64,000 nt of DNA, taken from NCBI GenBank assembly GCA_020048405.1, contig JAIFMP010000021.1:13077-77076 (forward strand). The letters are read 5' to 3'. Positions 34,118 through 42,230 of this stretch are shown piece by piece; position 1 is the stretch's first letter; each line of letters begins with the position of its first letter. Below the pieces are notes generated by a model. The model had not been told where the DNA came from. It was given only the letters and a program-made list of their open reading frames with translations, and searched no databases. The position numbers were made by a program, and so were the translations under genes. This DNA comes from Hydrogenophaga sp. (GTDB lineage Bacteria; Pseudomonadota; Gammaproteobacteria; Burkholderiales; Burkholderiaceae_C).

Positions 34118-35797
34118 ATGAACCTGGCCACAGACCGTTCGCTGACCCACCGCATTGCTAGCGTCGCCATCTTGATGCTCGTGGCATCACTCTGGATGTC
34201 ACCCGCCAACGTGTTTTCACTGCTGGTGCCGTTTTCATCTGCCCCTGGCGCCGAGTATTACGTGCGCGCCATTATGGCCGGGTTAGTTAACGCGGCGTGG
34301 TCGATGGTGTTCGTGGTGGTGGTGGCGCAGTTGCCCAAGGCGGTGCACGCCGTTGTGTTTTCAGTGCTGGCGCTCTGGCTGACCGTGTTTGCCACCGCCA
34401 CAGCAGTCCATGTGGGCATCTATGGGCAATTGATTGGTGCCCCTTCGTTGTTGGCTATTTTCGATACCAGTCGCGGTGAAATGTCTGAATTTGCGGCCAT
34501 TTACGCCTCGGTCCACACTGGGCTTGCGCTCGCAGCCACTGCTGCCATCTGGCTTACCCTGGGGTATTTCCTGCGAAAGCGGTTGCAACCGGTGTTAGGT
34601 GGCTTGAAGTGGCCGCTGGTGGCCGCCTTGGTCGCGCTGTTGCTCGCTATGTCATCGACCGGCTGGGACCGGTTGGCATTTGCCAACAACAACCCGGTGC
34701 TGTTTGTGTACAAGGTGGGCGGCCGGGCCTTTGCCACCCGCAGCTACTTCCAGAACATCAACCCCGACGAAGTGCAGAAGGTCAACGCTCGGCTGAAGGC
34801 ACCAGCCTCCGAACGCCAGACGCATGTGCTGATCATCGGCGAGTCGCTCACGCCCACGCACATGTCGCTGTACGGCTACCCCCGCAAGACCACGCCCCAT
34901 CTTGAAAAGATGACCGGTTGGGACATGGTGGCTTTGAAAGACGTGTGCTCAGAGCAACCTATGACCCAGCTGTCTATTGCTGAACTGATGACGGGCTTGC
35001 CCGCCGATGACATCATCCAGGCAGCCAACCGTCCCAACCTGCTTTCCATATTGAAAGAGGTTGATTTCAAGACCTTCTGGATCACCAACCAGATCGGTCT
35101 CGGCAGCGAATACGCTCTGGGCGACCTGTGGTCCCTGTATGCCCACGAAAGCAAATTCCTGAACAAACGTGATTTCGGCGAGGGTTATGACTTCGACGAG
35201 GTGTTGCTTCCCGCACTGAAGGACGCGCTTGCAGACACCGCACCGCGAAAATTCATTGTGCTGCACATGATGGGGTCGCATGGCAAGTACGGGCAGCGGT
35301 ATCCCCAGAGTTTCAAGAAATGGACGGGCAATGCAGACATACCTGCCCATGTTCCACGGCGTGGCAGCGAGGGCTTCAATGCCCAAGAATACAACGACTA
35401 CGACAACAGCGTGCTCTACACAGACCACATCCTGAATGAAATTCTTGCCATCTCGGCCCAGCAGGGTGTGAGTTCGGTGGTGTACCTGTCTGACCACGGG
35501 CAAAACATCGGCGAGTTTTCTGAACTTGTGGGCCACAGCACGACCAATGGCCCCCGCCAGGGTTTTGAAGTACCGTACCTGTACTTTTTCTCAGCGGATC
35601 ACGCGTCGGCCATTCGCCCGCAACTGGAAACACTCAAGGGCAACGCCGCCCACCCCTATTCAAGCCGCCATTCGCTTTACACCTTGCTGGATGTTTATCG
35701 CGTTGAGGCGCCGTTGTCGGGTCCGCGCCTGACGGCCAGCTATGAAGGCACAACTCGCTATTGCGACTCGCTGCCTCGTCCGACGTTGGCACAATGA
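34118..35797 (+). CDS. phosphoethanolamine transferase / sulfatase-family membrane protein (EptA/CptA-like)
   Basis: 559 aa from the ATG at 34118. N-terminal multi-TM domain plus a periplasmic alkaline-phosphatase-superfamily domain (HVLIIGESLTPTHMSLYGYPRKTTP, HMMGSHGKY, YDNSVLYTD, YLSDHG). The track ORF start at 33590 is antisense to nth. Confidence 0.8.
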   Translation: MNLATDRSLTHRIASVAILMLVASLWMSPANVFSLLVPFSSAPGAEYYVRAIMAGLVNAAWSMVFVVVVAQLPKAVHAVVFSVLALWLTVFATATAVHVGIYGQLIGAPSLLAIFDTSRGEMSEFAAIYASVHTGLALAATAAIWLTLGYFLRKRLQPVLGGLKWPLVAALVALLLAMSSTGWDRLAFANNNPVLFVYKVGGRAFATRSYFQNINPDEVQKVNARLKAPASERQTHVLIIGESLTPTHMSLYGYPRKTTPHLEKMTGWDMVALKDVCSEQPMTQLSIAELMTGLPADDIIQAANRPNLLSILKEVDFKTFWITNQIGLGSEYALGDLWSLYAHESKFLNKRDFGEGYDFDEVLLPALKDALADTAPRKFIVLHMMGSHGKYGQRYPQSFKKWTGNADIPAHVPRRGSEGFNAQEYNDYDNSVLYTDHILNEILAISAQQGVSSVVYLSDHGQNIGEFSELVGHSTTNGPRQGFEVPYLYFFSADHASAIRPQLETLKGNAAHPYSSRHSLYTLLDVYRVEAPLSGPRLTASYEGTTRYCDSLPRPTLAQ

Positions 35798-35921
35798 CGC
35801 CGGTTCACACCTATTCAACCTGTTTCGCACCCGCCGCATCCAGTTCCTCACGGGGACTGGACCAAGTTTCTTCTTGACCCGCCCCATTTTTTTTTGTGCC
35901 CGCTTTTTTCACTCACACGCC

Positions 35922-37113
35922 ATGCAGTTTGCCGATCGCCTGAACAACGTAGAAACCTCCGCCATCCGTGAGCTGTTCAAACTGCTGGGCAAGCCCGGCA
36001 TCATCAGCTTAGCCCGGCATCATCAGCTTTGCCGGTGGCTTCCCTGACTCGGCCATGTTCGATGTTGACGGTATCCGCGCCGCCGCCAACCAGGCCCTGA
36101 CCGACGAACCAGGTGCTGCCCTGCAATACGGTGCCACCGAAGGCTACAACCCCCTGCGCGAACAACTGGCCGCGTTCATGCAGGCCAAGGGTGCCAACAA
36201 CGTGGTGGCAGAGCAGCTCATCGTCACCACCGGCAGCCAGCAGGCGCTGGACCTGCTGGGCAAAACCATGATTTCGCCTGGCGACAAGGTCATTGTGGAA
36301 GGCCCCACCTTTTTGGCCACCATCCAATGCTTCCGTCTGTACGGGGCCGAGCTGGTGTCCGCCCCAGTGGACGGCCATGGCGTGCAGACAGACGCGCTGG
36401 AGGCGCTGATGGCCGAGCACAAACCCAAGCTGGTGTACCTGATTCCCACCTTTGGCAACCCCAGCGGCGCCACCCTGAGCCTGGAGCGCCGCAAAAAGGT
36501 GTTGGAGCTGGCCGTGAAATACAACACCCTGGTGGTGGAAGACGACCCCTATGGCGACCTGTACTTTGGCGAAGCCCCGCCCCCCAGCCTGCTGGCCCTG
36601 AGCGCCAGCGTGCCCGGCAGCCGCGAGCTGCTGGCACATTGCGGATCTTTGAGCAAGGTGCTGAGCCCCGGCCTGCGCGTGGGCTGGATGATTGCCCCGC
36701 CCGAGCTGCTGGCCAAAGCCACCATGTGCAAGCAATTCAGCGATGCACACACCAGCACTTTTGCCCAAGCCACCGCCGCCCAGTACCTCAAGGCCGGGCG
36801 AATGCCAGCCACCCTGGCCCATGTGCGGCAGGTGTATGACGCGCTGCGCCGCGAACTGGGCGACGCCATTGAATTTGTGCAGCCGCAGGGTGGCCTGTTT
36901 GTATGGGCCCGCCTGACGGGTGCCGGCGGCAAGCTGGCCAATGGCAACGACTTGGCCAAGCGCGCCATTGACAAAGGCGTGGCATTTGTGCCGGGTACGC
37001 CGTTTTTTGCCAGCAACCCCGACCACGCCACGCTGCGTCTCAGCTTTGCCACAGTGGGCGCCGACAAGATTCTGGAAGGCGTGGGCCGCCTGGCTGCCGC
37101 GCTGAATGCCTGA
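35922..37113 (+). pseudogene. PLP-dependent class I/II aminotransferase disrupted by a 19-bp tandem duplication
   Basis: MQFADRLNNVETSAIRELFKLLGKPGIIS (frame 0) stops at 36047. The rest (..MFDVDGIRAA... SLSKVLSPGLRVGW ...) continues in frame 1. Removing one copy of AGCCCGGCATCATCAGCTT restores ...GKPGIISFAGGFPDSAMFDVDG..., giving a 390-aa product. Confidence 0.85.
35992..36029 (+). repeat. perfect 19-bp direct tandem duplication (2 copies)
   Basis: AGCCCGGCATCATCAGCTT at 35992-36010 is repeated exactly at 36011-36029. Confidence 0.95.
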
Positions 37114-37144
37114 CCCCCCGACTCATTGAACTGAAGGAACCGCC

Positions 37145-37315
37145 ATGCGTGGAAACATCGCAGCCATCGTGCTGATTCTGGTGGGCAGCTACTTTTTGCT
37201 GTCCAACCTGGGGCTGATCAACATCAGCATGCGCGAAATCATCGCCACCTGGTGGCCCGCCATTCTGATCGCAGTGGGTGTGAGCATGTTCATCATGCCC
37301 AATGGAAAAAAATAG
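37145..37315 (+). CDS. small two-helix membrane protein (56 aa; below ORF-track cutoff)
   Basis: ATG at 37145 preceded by AAGGAA. The product is MRGNIAAIVLILVGSYFLLSNLGLINISMREIIATWWPAILIAVGVSMFIMPNGKK. Followed by a terminator hairpin. Confidence 0.5.
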   Translation: MRGNIAAIVLILVGSYFLLSNLGLINISMREIIATWWPAILIAVGVSMFIMPNGKK

Positions 37316-37332
37316 CAAAAAACCCAATACTT

Positions 37333-37356
37333 AAAAGCGCCAGAGGCGTTTTTGGT
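37333..37356. terminator. bidirectional terminator hairpin
   Basis: AAAAGCGCC-AGA-GGCGTTTTT: a 9-bp stem including one G-T pair, with an A-run on one side and a T-run on the other, between convergent genes. Confidence 0.5.
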
Positions 37357-37365
37357 TCAATTTTT

Positions 37366-37953
37366 TCAGAATACGCTGGCCCACCACAACCGGGCGCGCA
37401 TGCCCAGCTCGGTGGTGTAGCCGGTGGCCACGCTGCGAATGTTGCCGTCGGCATCCAGCACCACCCAAGCCGGCACCACGTTCAGGCCGTACGCTTTCTG
37501 GATGTCTCCTTTCGGGTCCAGCAGTGCAACCCAAGGCAGTTGGCGTTGAGCCATGAATTTGCTGACCTGCGCCGCCTCGCCCGAGCGGCTGGCGATGGTC
37601 AGCACCGGCCAGTCGGCCGCCACACGGGTAACGGACCCTTCTTCCATTTTGCAAAATGGGCACCAGTCTGACCAGATGTGAATGGCCACGGCCCGGCCTG
37701 GGTGCGCGGCCCGCCACTGCGCCAGACTGAGCGTTGCGCCCTGTGCCACACCCGCCACGCCCGATGCACCCGGCCCAAGCAGGGCCAAGGCCTGGAATTC
37801 AGGTGCAGGCCCGGTGGGTGCATCGCGCGTTTGCCAGGCGTTCACGGCAGCCATGGCGACCAACGCCGCCACGATGGTCACCAGGTGCGAGCGCCAGCTG
37901 CTTTTGATATAGGCCAACAGCCGTGCTGGCCATGTGGCAGGTGTCCAGGCCAC
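37366..37953 (-). CDS. membrane-anchored thioredoxin-like protein disulfide reductase (TlpA/DsbE-like)
   Basis: 195 aa with an N-terminal TM and a WCPFC active-site motif in a thioredoxin-fold context (VAIHIWSDWCPFCK ... YGLNVVPAWVVLD.DG). Confidence 0.8.
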   Translation of the reverse strand: MAWTPATWPARLLAYIKSSWRSHLVTIVAALVAMAAVNAWQTRDAPTGPAPEFQALALLGPGASGVAGVAQGATLSLAQWRAAHPGRAVAIHIWSDWCPFCKMEEGSVTRVAADWPVLTIASRSGEAAQVSKFMAQRQLPWVALLDPKGDIQKAYGLNVVPAWVVLDADGNIRSVATGYTTELGMRARLWWASVF

Positions 37954-37955
37954 GT

Positions 37956-38681
37956 TTAGCGCACCACTTCCAGCAACCGGTCCAGGCCGCCCTCGTTAAT
38001 GGCCACCATGGCTTGTGCCCGCACCGCCGGTTTGGCGTGGTACGCGACTGACAGGCCGCCCGCCTCGGAGCAGGCTTTCATCATGGGAAGGTCATTGGCG
38101 CCATCGCCCACCGCCATGCATTCCGCCGGGGTGATGCCCATCAGTGTGGCCACTTCCAGCAGCGTGCGGCGTTTTTCCGCACCGTCGCATATGTCGCCCC
38201 AGGGTTGGTCCACCATGCGGCCGGTCAATACATCGTCTGCCACCTCCAGCACATTCGAGCGGGCAAAGTCCATGCCCAGTCTGGCCTTGATGCGGTCGGT
38301 GAAAAACGTGAATCCACCTGACACCAGCAGCACCTTCAGGCCTGCAGCCTTGCAAGCCTGCACCAGCGCCTCTGCCCCTGGGTTGACCATCAGGCGCTGG
38401 GTGTACACCTCTTCCATGTGCGCCACCGTCACGCCCTTGAGCAGTGCCACACGCTGGCGCAGGCTGTCTTTGTAGTCGGTGATTTCGCCGCGCATGGCGG
38501 CCTCGGTGATGGCGGCCACCTCGGCCTTGCGGCCAGCGGCGTCGGCAATTTCGTCCACACACTCGATGTTGATGAGGGTGGAGTCCATGTCAAACGCCAC
38601 CAGCTTGAAATCGGCCAAACGCAGCGGTGGTGTGAATCCCTGGATGTCAAGGCTGGGGGCAAAGGGGTCAGCGGTGCTCAT
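37956..38681 (-). CDS. serB: phosphoserine phosphatase
   Basis: 241 aa with HAD motifs (FDMDSTLI, VSGGF, GDGANDL) and overall SerB-like sequence. Confidence 0.85.
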   Translation of the reverse strand: MSTADPFAPSLDIQGFTPPLRLADFKLVAFDMDSTLINIECVDEIADAAGRKAEVAAITEAAMRGEITDYKDSLRQRVALLKGVTVAHMEEVYTQRLMVNPGAEALVQACKAAGLKVLLVSGGFTFFTDRIKARLGMDFARSNVLEVADDVLTGRMVDQPWGDICDGAEKRRTLLEVATLMGITPAECMAVGDGANDLPMMKACSEAGGLSVAYHAKPAVRAQAMVAINEGGLDRLLEVVR

Positions 38682-38786
38682 TTTTTAGGTGAATTTTTTA
38701 AGTGTCAAAACAGTCACTACCGCCTGTTAGGTAGCGTTGACTGCTATCAAAAAAAACAGATTTTTGAAGAGATGTGCTTCGCTTCT

Positions 38787-39989
38787 TCAGTCGGACACAT
38801 GGCACTCCCGCCGCAAAAGGGCCAGGCCATCGGTGTGGGCGTGCAGGTGGTCACTCAGCAGGGTGGCACGCGCGTCCTCAATGAAGTGCTGCCACAGCTC
38901 GGTGTAGTCGGCCTGGTGCAGCTCGGGGGCGTGACTCTGTATGTAAGAGGCCACCAGCTCGGGCTTGAGCCCGGTTTTGCGGATTTTGCGCACCAGCGCC
39001 GCTGCGCCTTTTTCGGTCAGCAGCGTTTTGGGCGCCGCACCTGCCGCCACACACAAAAACAGGGTCAGCAGGGAGCCATCGTCCTGGTGTCCACCGGTGG
39101 ATTTGTGCCAGGCGCTGGACGCAGCGCGGTCAAAGTGGTCGACCTCGCTCACCATGTCCTCGGCCCAAAAGTAGCGGCCCATGAATGCGGGTGTCTGGCA
39201 AAACAGCTTGCGGGCGGACACCGAGGCATCCAGTATCTTGGGCAGGTCAGCAAGCATGGACTGCTGCGCCGCTTCGAACGCGGGTTTGAAGCGCTCGGGC
39301 AATTTTTTAGGCAGGTTGATGCTTGGCCCTTTGGATGCTGGGTACCTTTTGCGCAGTGCCGCCACCATTTTTTCAAACGCCACCCAATCGGGCAGGGTGG
39401 TGAGTTTGAGGACTTGCAACAACAGCGCGGTGCGGATCACGGCCTCGGCATCGGCCCCTGCTTCTTCCAGGTCGCTGGCCTCCAGCCCCAGGTTTTCGGC
39501 GGCCCATATGGCGGCCTCCAGCACCAAAGCGACCTGGCTGCGTTTTTCATGCTCCAGTTGGTAGTCGTTCAGGGGCCGCAAGGCCCATTTGGCCAGTTGG
39601 GGAATGTGGTCGTTGGTGAAGCCGCCTCGCTCATTCATGCCGAAGTGGGTGTTTTGCGGCATGGCGATCAGCGCCTTCAGCATGTCTGAGCCGCCTTTGG
39701 AGCGCGACAGAAACGAGTGATCGCGCAGCGACTCGGCTGCTTTTTGCAAGTCTCCGCCCGTGCTGTGTTCAAGGTACAGGCTGATTAGGTTCAGCATGCG
39801 GTCTTTGGCCTTTTCCAGCTCGGGGCGCAAAAACTCGCTGCCAAAGTAGCGCGCAATCTGCACCATGCCCTTGGGTGCATCGGCATTCATAGCCTCGATT
39901 TTTTCGGGCGGAATGATACCGTGCTGCACTCCGTACACGAGGGCTTTTTCAAAAAACGAACGCGCGTCAAACAGCGAAACTATGGACAT
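38787..39989 (-). CDS. hypothetical protein (400 aa), last gene of J-domain operon
   Basis: Codon bias is consistent with coding and the start is 12 nt after the upstream stop. I recognised no catalytic or nucleotide-binding motif. The composition is helix-rich. Confidence 0.75.
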   Translation of the reverse strand: MSIVSLFDARSFFEKALVYGVQHGIIPPEKIEAMNADAPKGMVQIARYFGSEFLRPELEKAKDRMLNLISLYLEHSTGGDLQKAAESLRDHSFLSRSKGGSDMLKALIAMPQNTHFGMNERGGFTNDHIPQLAKWALRPLNDYQLEHEKRSQVALVLEAAIWAAENLGLEASDLEEAGADAEAVIRTALLLQVLKLTTLPDWVAFEKMVAALRKRYPASKGPSINLPKKLPERFKPAFEAAQQSMLADLPKILDASVSARKLFCQTPAFMGRYFWAEDMVSEVDHFDRAASSAWHKSTGGHQDDGSLLTLFLCVAAGAAPKTLLTEKGAAALVRKIRKTGLKPELVASYIQSHAPELHQADYTELWQHFIEDARATLLSDHLHAHTDGLALLRRECHVSD

Positions 39990-40001
39990 AGGCCACCCGG
40001 A

Positions 40002-40757
40002 TCAAATGGCCGACTCTTCGTCTGATACGCGGGCCGCCGGTGTGGCTTTGCCCTGGTCGGTGTCGCGCGTTTCCACCTTGCCGTCGTCTTCCTCCATCTC
40101 ATCGCCCTCGTTGCCATCGCCCTGGCTGCGCATAAATGCCTGCGCCCGTGCGCGCAGCACCAGCAGCATCTCAATGAACAGGTCGGCGCAGCGGTAGCGC
40201 AGGATCCAGGCCAGCTCCATCCAGTCCTGATCGGCGACTTCGTCTTGCTCCACCACTGGCCTGACGTAGGCCGAGGCTTGCAGTTCAGCGCGCGAAAGCA
40301 TCTGACCGTCGTCATCGGCGTTGTCGAAAGTGCCAGCGCGGGCGAATGCCTCGATGCGCCCCCACTTTTCGGCAAAGTAGTCGGCCAGTGCATCTACGCC
40401 ACCTTCCAGGTTGCCAATGGCCTCCATGAACTCCACGGGGTCGGCTTCGTCGCGGAAAATGGTCGAATTCATCATGCCCCGCAGGTGGGTGTGGGTCAGG
40501 TCTTTGTATTGCTTTTCCAGTACAACGGCACGCGCAAACTGCTCGGGGGTGACCAGCAAGTTCATGATGGATTCTTTGGAGCTGTCGTACTCCCGGATCA
40601 CCGCCAGAATGTCTTTGGGCGGCAACTGCTCAAGCACCACCATCAGCGCGCCGTCGCCCTCGGCGTCGGCCAGTTCGACCAAGGCGGATTCAGCAGCCAC
40701 GATATCGCCAGAAGCGATGAGGCTTTGGGTTTTGGCAATCAGGGCAAGGTGGTTCAT
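40002..40757 (-). CDS. hypothetical protein (251 aa) with acidic C-terminal tail
   Basis: Co-oriented with and tightly spaced to its neighbours. The C-terminal roughly 45 aa are rich in D/E/G (SQGDGNEGDEMEEDDGKVETRD...SDEESAI). No known motif recognised. Confidence 0.75.
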   Translation of the reverse strand: MNHLALIAKTQSLIASGDIVAAESALVELADAEGDGALMVVLEQLPPKDILAVIREYDSSKESIMNLLVTPEQFARAVVLEKQYKDLTHTHLRGMMNSTIFRDEADPVEFMEAIGNLEGGVDALADYFAEKWGRIEAFARAGTFDNADDDGQMLSRAELQASAYVRPVVEQDEVADQDWMELAWILRYRCADLFIEMLLVLRARAQAFMRSQGDGNEGDEMEEDDGKVETRDTDQGKATPAARVSDEESAI

Positions 40758-40809
40758 GCGGGTTCTGCTTCAGTCTTTGAGTGGGTGTTCTGGTGCGGCT
40801 GGGGTGCGG

Positions 40810-41394
40810 TCAGCGGTCTTTGCGGTCAAAGCCTTGTGCTTCCATCCAGTCCTGACCAGCCTCTTCGCGGCGGCGGGCACTGCCCTCGTCGTCGTCAGCG
40901 TCGCTGAACGGGTCGTCGCTCTGGTCCTGGTCGTTGTGTTCACCGGCGTCTTCGGCATCGGTGTCATCGTCATCGCCTGCGTCATGGGCTGGGGCCACGG
41001 GTTTGCCAGGCTTGGCGTACAGGTATTCAAGGCCTGCGGCCACAGTCATCAGCCATTCACCCATGGGCTCTTTCAGGATTTCCTGGGCCAGCACCTGCGC
41101 CCAGGGTTGCAACACCACCGTGTCAGCCAGGGTGTCCCAGTCGGGCAGTTCATCAGACTCACGGCTCACCAAGTCCTCCATCACGCTGGGACGCTTGAAC
41201 TGAAAAGCCTGGTTGAACACCACAGCCACCATTTCGGGGCTGATTTCAATCATCTGTCGCAAAAAGCTCAGTTCCTTGCGCTTGACGGCCAAACGCTGGC
41301 GCAGCACGTCTTTGCCTTCAGAGTCAGAGGTCAAGTCGTCCATTTCGGCTTGATAAGCCGAGTTCAGACCGTGGAAGAAAGGAGAAATGCTCAT
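40810..41394 (-). CDS. hypothetical acidic protein (194 aa)
   Basis: Start at MSISPFFHG (CAT 41392-41394), 28 nt after the J-domain gene stop. The C-terminal third is poly-acidic (DAGDDDDTDAEDAGEHNDQDQSDDPFSDADDDEGS). The track start at 41694 overlaps the J-domain gene in another frame. Confidence 0.7.
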   Translation of the reverse strand: MSISPFFHGLNSAYQAEMDDLTSDSEGKDVLRQRLAVKRKELSFLRQMIEISPEMVAVVFNQAFQFKRPSVMEDLVSRESDELPDWDTLADTVVLQPWAQVLAQEILKEPMGEWLMTVAAGLEYLYAKPGKPVAPAHDAGDDDDTDAEDAGEHNDQDQSDDPFSDADDDEGSARRREEAGQDWMEAQGFDRKDR

Positions 41395-41422
41395 GTCAGG
41401 CAAGGTGTGAAGTGTGGTGCTC

Positions 41423-41704
41423 TCAGAGCACGGTTTTGATGTAGCTCTGCCAGATGTCGCGGGCAATTTCCTGCGGGTCGTCCAGCAGGTTGCGCCGCCG
41501 GTTGTCGTCGTAGGCCTGGCGCCTGGTGGGGTCAGACAACACGTCGTAAGCCTCTTGCACCTGCCTGAAGCGGGCGGCGGCATCGGCTGCAGTGTTGCGA
41601 TCGGGGTGAAAGAGGGCAGCCCTCTGTCGAAAGGCTTTTTTGATGTCGGCCAGCGACGCATCGCTGCCAAGCCCAAGGGCTGCGTAGTGGTCACTCATGG
41701 GCAA
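41423..41704 (-). CDS. stand-alone J-domain (DnaJ-like) protein
   Basis: 93 aa. YAALGL...SLADIKKAFRQRAALFHPDRN......F..VQEAYDVLSDP.RR.AYD, including the HPD tripeptide. There are no Gly/Phe or zinc-finger regions. Confidence 0.85.
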   Translation of the reverse strand: MPMSDHYAALGLGSDASLADIKKAFRQRAALFHPDRNTAADAAARFRQVQEAYDVLSDPTRRQAYDDNRRRNLLDDPQEIARDIWQSYIKTVL

Positions 41705-41866
41705 TTCGGGTTAGGGTTATCGCGGGGGCAATTATGGCGGGCAAGGCCAACGCGGTCCGTTGCATGGTTGGTGGGCGTGTTTCTGCTGGGTTGTTTTGCG
41801 TGGCACAGCCTGGTTTGGGGTGATCACTCGTAGGCGCAACCCGACTTTGATTTGCCCGGTGGCACC

Positions 41867-42199
41867 ATGAAGCCCGGGGGCTACATCCTGATGCAGCACA
41901 TAAAGCGGTTGTCTCGCCCGGTCAAAGCCTACAAAAAGTGGGGGAGCCGCATTCCTGCCACCTACCGGGACAGTGTGCTGAGGCAAACAGGTGCCAGCAC
42001 CGCCAACGATGGCAATTGTCTGGCTCGCTTCAAGCACTGCCGTAGCTTGGTGCCCATGGCTCAGGAAGTGCACAAGCCCATTTTTCACCTCAGTTCTGCC
42101 GATGGTGCCATTGGCAGCCACTCGCAGGCTGTGCGCGATGCCTGGAGTGACTTTAAGTCATGGGCCGTGGCCATTGAAGAGCGGATCTGGCCTTTGTGA
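41867..42199 (+). CDS. hypothetical protein (110 aa), orphan
   Basis: Third-position G+C is about 70 percent in this frame by hand count, against clearly lower values for the exactly antisense ORF 41732-42121. No motif recognised and no obvious partner gene. Confidence 0.4.
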   Translation: MKPGGYILMQHIKRLSRPVKAYKKWGSRIPATYRDSVLRQTGASTANDGNCLARFKHCRSLVPMAQEVHKPIFHLSSADGAIGSHSQAVRDAWSDFKSWAVAIEERIWPL

Positions 42200-42230
42200 C
42201 TTTCAAATGGTTGCCTGGTTTTTCGTTGCA

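Noticed and set aside
41732-42121. 129-aa minus-strand ORF between the J-domain operon and mfd
   Set aside because: It lies exactly antisense, codon for codon, to the 41867-42199 frame. Its third-position GC is clearly lower than that of the plus-strand frame, and it has no motif.
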